Source of the DNA: Tubiluchus corallicola
Taxonomy: Eukaryota; Animalia; Priapulida
Length of the DNA stretch: 64,000 bases
Direction: 5' to 3'
Assembly: GCA_030141605.1 (NCBI GenBank)
Contig: JAQGDQ010000478.1
Coordinates: 1-64,000 of the forward strand
Shown here piece after piece: positions 55,597 to 64,000 of the stretch. The first letter of the stretch is position 1, and each line of letters starts with the position of its first letter. The notes under the pieces are model-generated. The model ran no database searches. It was not told the DNA's origin and saw nothing but the letters and a program-made list of their open reading frames with translations. A program made the position numbers and the translations under genes.

Positions 55597-56254
55597 GGTT
55601 AATCCTATGAAATGTCTTCTTTGTTAAAATATCTGAAAATATATAATAAGAAGGGTGTTTAAATGAACTTTAATCGATGTAGTAGCTGAATCAATGATAA
55701 ACAAGCCTTTGTGATACTTATGACAGCATTAAAAACAACATCTCAAAGTATAACGAATGTAAAACCAATGTCTACTGACAAGACTACCCATATCCATTAT
55801 TTAGTTTGGTGCCTAAAAGGTTATATTAGACGTTGCACATTTCTCCTTTTCAGCTCAGTGTTAAAAAGTTATAGCAAGAAATTTTACTGTATCCATGGCA
55901 ACCACCAACACCGCATCCGGACATCCCCATAGTATGAAAACCCCCTAATATTCACATACTTCTCGATTGCAGTTGCCGTTAGAGGAGTTGGATTCGAGAA
56001 AAAATTTCAAAATGGATAATAACTTATTTGTTCGATCGGCGGTTCTTTTAAACACTAGAAACTCTTTGAATTTTGCAAAAACTAGCTTAAATTCATCCAT
56101 CTCCGAGATCTAAAGGGTACAATCTCTCGATTTCATCCAAATGATACCTTTGGTGTCTAGACAGTTAATATATCCAAAGTATCTAGATATCCTATGTCAA
56201 AAACTCATAGTGTCTAAACAGTTTAGGTATCTAAATAACCTATCTGTCCAAATC

Positions 56255-56565
56255 GCCTTGTGTCCAAAAGTCCTGTACGTCTAAACCACCTTGTTTCAAA
56301 AAGTCCTACATGTCAAAATTACCTTGTGTCAAAATATCCTGTGTCCAAACTGCCCTTGTGTCTAAAAATCCTATATGTCCAAACCACCTTGTTTCAAAAC
56401 GTCCTACATGTCAAAATTACCTTGTGTCAAAATATCCTGTGTCCAAACTGCCCTTGTGTCTAAAAATCCTATATGTCCAAACCACCTTGTTTCAAAAAGT
56501 CTTACATGTCAAAATTACCTTGTGTCAAAATATCCTGTGTCCAAATTACCTATGTGTCTAAGTTA
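56255..56565. repeat. ~119-bp tandem repeat built of TGTC(C/A)AAA subunits
   Basis: About 2.5 units. Confidence 0.85.
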
Positions 56566-57447
56566 TGTGTTCAAAACATTTGTGCGGAAATTGCCTGTGT
56601 CTAAAACCAGTGTCAAAACCCCGTGTAATCTTGTTAAGTACTAAAAATTTAGGAATGATTCTGTATATATATATATATATTTCTTACATTCTATTTACAA
56701 ATGCAAATGGAAAAGCCGAATGCTTATGTGACCAAAGTTAAGCAACACAAGGCATAGTAAGTGGTTGGCCAACAGCAGTAAAATGTCTTAAAAGCAGTTT
56801 TAGATACCAACATTGCTTATGAGATATTCATTTCGTTGAGGAAGTTTAAACATATCACTACTACTACTAGCTCAGAATAAGATTCTTTTAATTTATCAGA
56901 TGTATAATAGATTACTAAACGTGTGCTGACATTTTCCAATTATTATTATTAAATTATTTTATCAGATGTATACTAAATTACTCAACCTGTATTGATGTTT
57001 TCAATTATTATTTTATTAAATAGACAAGGACAACGGACGCTGCCAGTATAGGTTAACGACTTAATTCATGACCAGTCTCTAGAGTCCTACTTGGGCAGAC
57101 CACGAACGACGTGCCCTACTTGGGCTAGCCCATGTACGCCAACTGTCTTACTTCGGCTAATGGCCTACTCCGCTCCCAACAAACGATAATCTGTAGATGG
57201 GGGTACTACTACTAGTATTAGGACAATGTTCTATTTGCCCCCAGACCTCCACTTCACCAAGGCTGCTTAACTTAAAATTCGCGTGTTGTCAAAGCACTGA
57301 GACTTCTCGTGCCACAAAGTTCTTACTCTAAATTGTTGACTAAAAACAGCAAAATATATCACACGTCACTATCATCATCATACGCCCGTCGCGTCTATTG
57401 TAGACATTGGGCAGGCAGAATTCCAAAATAAAAGAATCTGCGTTTAC

Positions 57448-57590
57448 CTGTCTGAATGCAGACATATCACACACTTTCTATGATGATCTATTACCAAGAC
57501 GCGAAATCTTTTCTCAAGTAAACAAAGTGCAAATTGTCAAGATTGCTGTGGTTGCTGGATGAGCATTTGTACTAAGTCAGCAGTCTAGAT
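57448..57590. promoter_or_regulatory. Putative bidirectional CMC1/METTL2 promoter with two untranslated first exons
   Basis: Donor CAG|gtaaac on - at 57448 and GAT|gtaagt on + at 57590; both genes have an acceptor just upstream of their ATG. Confidence 0.45.
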
Positions 57591-58169
57591 GTAAGTAAAT
57601 ATAAGTAAGTACTAGTGATCATAACAATTTTATGTTAAAAATATTTAAGTTTCAAAATGTAATCCTGAACTCAGGGTACTTAATGCTTGATATCGGTTAA
57701 TCTTCTAAAGCCTTTTCGATGTTTTCAAGTTAATATAATATAGTAATATATTACCTGTTCAAAGTTAGAAAATTTGATAATTTTTACGATTTCATTACTA
57801 TAATAAAGTATTACACACATAAATTTAAAAACCTTTATTTTTTCTGCAATTTATATTAAATTTTCGGTTCTTTTACTTATGATATGTAAAATTTAAAGCA
57901 TTGTTTAAGTAAGTAAGTTTATTAGTTTATCACCATTTTTAAAATAGCAAAATACATAACTAAGTGAATTATAAATCTGTACAACATACAATAATATTAC
58001 AAAGTGCAAAAGTAATTATTGATTAGTGGCGAAAGGGTCAGCCACCCTCTCAGAATTGTTAGTAATGTTACTAATAAAGTAATATAATTAATTAATTAAT
58101 GAGTTTAACTTACCTTTGCCGGTATCTCATTATTATTTGTATTTGATATGGCGCTAATTATGGTAGCCT

Positions 58170-58470
58170 GACTTAATTAAAGTTAGATGATTTAATTAAA
58201 TTGAATATTGCAGTATTCATGTATAAATGCTATAATAGACTATTTCCTGCAAGTTTTTTGCAATTCCTGTCAAATTGACATCTAAGAGACATAATACAAG
58301 ATTTAATCAATACATTGTGCCTTTCTGTAGAACCAACATAGCTAAACATTTAGCTAAATATATCAAGGACCAAAAGTCTGAAATGAGATTTGTCAATCTG
58401 CAAAAAATAGCAGATCTATTACTAGATTTAAAAAAATGCTAAAAAATCAAATTTTAAGTAAGTATCAGTG
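58170..58470 (+). mobile_element. CR1/L2-group LINE 3' remnant
   Basis: LKLDDLIKLNIAVFMYKCYNRLFP ... YQGPKV*NEI ... RFKKMLKNQILSKY. Confidence 0.7.
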
Positions 58471-60145
58471 AGCAATCAAAATTTCTATCAGTATCCATCC
58501 TCACAGTAGTTACAAAATAGTGGTGTTAGCTTAATCAAGTTATTTTAATTTTACATACTATTAAAAAATAATAGTCTTTCTATCTTTTATATCATCCCAT
58601 ATATGAGCTTATTTCATTACATCATTCCATTTTAAGCACTAATGTTTTTTTTATTGCGATTCACTTTAAATTTTCAGATTATCTCCATTACTTTTTTTTC
58701 TATCACTGTGTGGGACAATCTAACTAGCCAAGCTTTTTGATTGCCCGCAACACATTTACCTTCGTTTATAAGTGAACAGTGTTTGAGGTTTTTCCTGTGC
58801 AGTATTTCTTATTTGTATTATATCCATTGTAGGCCCTTTCACTAGATATTGTATATGAAACTATTGTAAATGTGTAATGTGAAATAAATGACTTATGACT
58901 GACTTGTAAGCAACCCAGAACTGGGTTATGTAATACACTCATTTAATTATTCAACCTTTTGTGGTCTCTATGCATTTTCCTGTACATATGATCACAGTAA
59001 CGATATTGTGGAAGTTGGAATTGTACATTATAATTAGGTGCTGCCATCTATGGGCTAATCATGTTACATTCTACCAGCTGACTTACCCCCAGTATAATTG
59101 TATGGTCCAGTGAATGCATATTCACTGGTTCTCTCCCTATTTTAAAGTAATGTTTTTTGTGAAGCCTGTGCAAGTCTGCATAGGTCACCTATACCTCATA
59201 TATACTGACTGTTTTTGCTTTCTAGTCACTCTCACTCTCAGTGTTCAGTGCAGGAGTTGTGCTACTCATGTGTCTGTAGTTTTAATAAACACTTTTCTGT
59301 TGTGTGCAGTGCAAATATGTATTATAAATTTTTTATTCTTGTTCATACTTCTGTGCCTAAAGTCAATCATAACAGATATAATGGTTAATGCATTTTATAC
59401 TGTATACATCAGTGGTGTGCAACTGGTTGTGACGGTATGCACTTGTGCAAATCCGAAATCATTTGGTGCAAACGGGAATAGTTGTGCGAATGAAAGCAGG
59501 AGGGCTTATTGAACGTGATCCTGGCCAGTCACGAGCAAAATACAACTTCATCACTTCACGTCGTATCTCTTGCTATACTTCGGAACAGTATTGCGGCAAA
59601 TTTAAAATGACAACAAGCAAAAATTCCTCTTAACGCGAGCGCAATATTTGCACAAAACTGCTGTAAAGTAATGTAATTTTTAAGGCGATTTTTCTGAAAC
59701 CTACTTTAGGTTCCCCTTTTCTTGTCCTTTAAGCTTCTGTGATGAAACAGGTAGGCATTAAACAAGTTTAGATAACATAGCCTCAAGCTTGAAAAGATAA
59801 TCAGATGATTGATATTTACTTTATGCTGATTCTGGCTACTTTATCATATAATAAGAATTTCTTAACATCAGAAGCAGCTCTAAAGCTAAGGTACTTCTGT
59901 TAGTTCAGTGGCTCATTTTAGAACCATTTTTTGATAATAAGTCAAACCCTGGTTTTGCCACAAGCATATGAATTGAGTAGCCCTGTGTGTACACTGTGTA
60001 CACAGCAATGACTTGAAAAAACCAACATTTTTTTTGAACGTATATAAATCTCATGCCTACTCATAAAATGTTAAGGTGGCAGAAGTAAGTAAATCACCAT
60101 TTATATGATTTTTCTTTACTTTTAGGAAAGGTCTATATTACTAAT

Positions 60146-63100
60146 ATGTCAGTTGAAAAAAGATCACAGTTTGGGAGTCGTTTCCTCACTCACCCCGAAA
60201 AGGTGTTTGAGCACAATGCATGGTAAGTTTTTCCTGCTGTTATTCATCATTCGTACTAATACTTCTTGATGAAATTTCCACAAAACAAATGAAGCGCGTG
60301 TCGCACTGTGTGCGTTTAAACTGTTTTTGCATTATTTTTCAGCAGGAAAATTACATATTTATGTACATAGTAATTTGCTGTACATCATAACATATCATAC
60401 AGCTAAGTGACCTAATGGTCTAAGTACTGATATCATATTTGGCTCCAGGAACTGCTTGGTCAGTTCAAGTGTAGATGTGACTTTTTACGCTGCCACTGTT
60501 TACAACATCTTAGCACTATGGACCATAAGTATTCCGTGTTAAGGGGAGATAGAGTGATTTTTCTTATAGTACCCCGTTTTCAAGTCAGGTAAAAGTATAC
60601 ATTTTAACACATTTAATATTTCAAAAGCATTACTGGTAATTAAATAATAGATTAAAATCGTTAATTAATGGTGGGCGAGCCCAACTGTTGATGACATCAC
60701 AAACGAACATAATTTTCAACAGCAAAAATATTCCACGAGCGTGTTGCACGTGTTTGTGAAAGAGAAAATTGAAGTACAGTGCTATTGTAAGATATTCAGT
60801 GTGTTGTACTAAAACTAGGCAAGTTTTAAGATAAAAATTCAAATGTCAAATTTACGGCTGTGCTCATGCACGAGCTGCTGAACGTATGTAGTTCATCACA
60901 AACTAACACATGTGAATGGAGAGGCACATCATCCATTTTTTGTGCAATGCATTCCAAAGTGCAGGTGCTTGTGCCTGTCTAACTAGCGAATGGCGAAATG
61001 CATGTAACAGTGAAGCACTAATGGCACGAATATGAAATTGTGTTTGTGTGGTAATAATTCTTTCACGTAAGTCATTTCTGGAAAAATAGTATGTTTCTTT
61101 TCAGTATTTTAAGAAATAGATTGTTTTGAACTACAGTTTAAGATTGGGTCCGATTTTGCTTTAAGGTGAAGAACTTACTAAGCCTCTGTAGGAGACCTAG
61201 GCCATTGATTTTTAGATAGCAAAATTTTAGCACAGCTAATTCTGTGACAACTAGTTCTGATCAGTTACGATGATGTTTTTGTCCTGTATTTGTGTTTGTT
61301 TTAGGGATAATGTTGTTTGGGATGAGGAACAAGAAGCCATTGCTGAACTGAAAGTTGAAGCCAACAGTGAAGAGAAAGTATCAGACGAGTGTTTACGTAA
61401 GATAAAATAACAACTTTTATATTTTGAAACATTGTGAAGAAAAAGTTACTGTTTATTTTACAATGTAGGCTGTGGCAGCTCGTAGCTGAAATTAGTGGGG
61501 GTGCTGTTTTAGACAATTTTTAGCCAATGTTTCGATACCGTGTAATACATGCACTTGATAAAATCCTAAACAAAAAATATTTTTGTTTACTAATAGCCTA
61601 AATTGTCGCTGTTCAAGCTTGATCTATTCACGGCAGGCAGTCAACTGACAACAAACTGTGTGAGCGACAGTACTTTCTCTACCTGGGCTCAGATGTGTGC
61701 ACATGCCCGCTACAGACAAATTCTGTGTTGCTGGAGCACACTGTGCTGGGCTATGAAACAAACAGTGCTGTTCGACAGTTATTTAAAGTGCTGTTTGACA
61801 GTTGTTTTAAAGTGTTGTTTGACAGTGGTTTTAAAGTGCTGTTCGACAGTTGTTTTAAAGTGCTGCTTGACAGTTGTTTTAAAGTGCTGCTTGACAGTTG
61901 TTTTAAAGTGCTGTTCGACAGTTGTTTAAAGTGCTGTTCGACGGTTGCAGTTGTTTTAAAGTACTGTTTGACGGTTGGTTAAAATGCTGTTCGACGGTTG
62001 TTTAAAATGCTGTTCGACGGTTGTTTTAAAGTGTTGTTTGACAGTTGTTTTAAAGTGCTGTTCGACAGTTGTTTTAAAGTGTTGTTTGACAGTTGTTTTA
62101 AAGTGTTGTTTGACAGTTGTTTTAAAGTGCTGTTCGACAGTTGTTTTAAAGTGCTGTTCGACAGTTGTTTTGACAGTTGTTTTAAAGTGCTGTTTGACAG
62201 TTGTTTTAAAGTGGTGTTTGACAGTTGTTTTAAAGCGCTGTTTGACAGTTGTTTTAAAGTGTTGTTTGACAGTTGTTTTAAAGTGGTGTTTGACAGTTGT
62301 TTTAAAGCGCTGTTTGACAGTTGTTTTAAAGTGTTGTTTGACAGTTGTTTTAAAGTGCTGTTCGACAGTTGTTTTAAAGTGCTGTTCGACAGTTGTTTTA
62401 AAGTGCTGTTCGACAGTTGTTTTGACAGTTGTTTTAAAGTGCTGTTTGACAGTTGTTTTAAAGTGGTGTTTGACAGTTGTTTTAAAGCGCTGTTTGACAG
62501 TTGTTTTAAAGTGTTGTTTGACAGTTGTTTTAAAGTGCTGTTCGACAGTTGTTTTAAAGTGCTGTTCGACAGTTGTTTTAAAGTGCTGTTCGACAGTTGT
62601 TTTGACAGTTGTTTTAAAGTGCTGTTTGACAGTTGTTTTAAAGTGCTGTTTGACAGTTGTTTTAAAGTGCTGTTAGACAGTTCTTTTAAAGTGCTGTTTG
62701 ACAGTTGTTTTAAAGTGTTGTTTGACAGTGGTTTTAAAGTGCTGTTTGACAGTTGTTTTAAAGTGCTGTTTGACAGTTGTTTTAAAGTGCTGTTTGACGG
62801 TTGTTATGCTGTTCGACGGTTGTTTTAAAGTGCTGTTCGACAGTTGTTTTAAAGTGCTGTTCGACGGTTGTTTTAAAGTGTTGTTTGACGGTTGTTTTAA
62901 AGTGTTGTTTGACAGTTGTTTAAAATGCTGTTCGACGGTTGTGTTAAAGTGCTGTTTGACAGTTGTTTTAAAGTACTGTTTGACAGTTGTTTTAAAGTGT
63001 TGTTTGACATTTGTTTTAAAGTGCTGTTTGACATTCATACTACATTACACTTGATTAAAAAGTTAGCTAAACCTCAAAATTAATCATTTTATTTGTAAAT

Positions 63101-63830
63101 GAGAGGTCGTGTAAACTTCCTGTTGAGTTCACACTTTCATGTTTTGCTAGTATTTTTTGTTTGTTTTTGGGTGAGGTGTGTTTATTTGTAATATCATCCA
63201 TAAGTTTTGTGAAAACATTTTTGAAATTGGCTAGTTGCATCAAACAGTGTCTAATCTTGACAAATTTTAACTAATATTCTTTTGCGAAAGTTACAACAGA
63301 ACAACACAGTACAGAAGTGTGTCTGTATTTATGCATATATTTTTTATAGAGATATACATTTTATATATTTGTTGAATCGTTTTACGTAATTAATTTCTCT
63401 ATGTATGAATGGGTCAATTTTATATTTAACATTTTGTATGCAACTAGTCACACATTATCATAATTATAAACTGTTGTTTAGGTGATTATGAAGAAAATGC
63501 ATGTGGTTACTGGGACCAGTTTTATGGACAACATCAAAACAGATTCTTCAAGGACCGACACTGGCTTTTCACGGAGTTTCCGGAACTGTGCCCGGAAGTT
63601 TCCGGCTCGGCGAGCAACGAGGTACAATGTAAAGCTACAGTTTCTGACGCTACGTTAAAGTCGGACGGCAGTAGCGATGAACGTGTTTTACCTGCTGAGA
63701 ATGTCAGCTTGAGTTCAAGTACCGTGACGTGTTTCTCACTTGCAAGTGAATGCAACGATACTACCACCAGGATTCTTGAAGTCGGATGCGGTGTAGGAAA
63801 TACAGTATTCCCGGTGCTTCAAACAAACAA
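60146..63830 (+). CDS. METTL2: tRNA m3C methyltransferase METTL2-like, 5' part; exons 60146-60222, 61305-61396, 63482-63830; continues past window
   Basis: KRSQFGSRFL...VFEHNAW|DNVVW, YWDQFY...FFKDRHWLFTEFPEL, ILEVGCGVGNTVFP; splice phases compatible. Confidence 0.93.
61470..61770 (+). mobile_element. Truncated copy of CAGTGGC-terminal MITE family
   Basis: Clear similarity to 3285-3595. Confidence 0.7.
61766..63033. repeat. 24-bp minisatellite (ACAGTTGTTTTAAAGTGCTGTTTG)n
   Basis: About 50 units; source of the CCLTVVLK and FDSCFKVL ORFs. Confidence 0.97.
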
Positions 63831-64000
63831 GTAAGTTATTAGGTTGTCATGTATTTTATAAAATATAACATTTTCTATCTTCATACTTATTAGAAACTGG
63901 TCACGTATGACATTGATTGATTATGAAACTTCAGATTCTTGTAATTTAATTAAGCAGATTTTACTTAACATTAAAGCTGTAATTATTTACAGTGGAAATT

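Noticed and set aside
61603-63054. Long CCLTVVLK / FDSCFKVL repeat proteins
   Set aside because: Translation of a 24-bp minisatellite inside a METTL2 intron

Overview
AT-rich animal (probably invertebrate) genomic DNA with spliceosomal introns. Genes: a replication-dependent core histone quartet in two divergent pairs (H2A<>H2B, H3<>H4; no H1 seen), a 5-exon alpha-tubulin, MRPS17 (+), an OSGIN1/2-like flavoprotein gene (-, about 21 kb coding span), CMC1 (-) and the 5' part of METTL2 (+). The introns and spacers are full of minisatellites, MITEs (pogo/Tc1-like, hAT-like, Kolobok-like) and LINE and Penelope remnants. The most interesting signals are RNA-level. (1) A ~610-bp non-coding retroposon with a 13-bp target-site duplication whose first nucleotide is G1 of a complete HDV-like ribozyme fold; it occurs twice because of a >1.2-kb inverted duplication around H2A/H2B. 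(2) A tail-out pair of minimal Penelope-type hammerhead ribozymes, plus an 80-bp satellite amplified from the end of a Penelope GIY-YIG ORF. (3) A 25-nt histone downstream element shared by all four histone genes, whose substitutions are all G.U-wobble compatible and so predict the 5' arm of U7 snRNA. (4) A tandem triplication of the OSGIN splice acceptor plus start codon. All calls were made by eye; no searches or folding programs were run.
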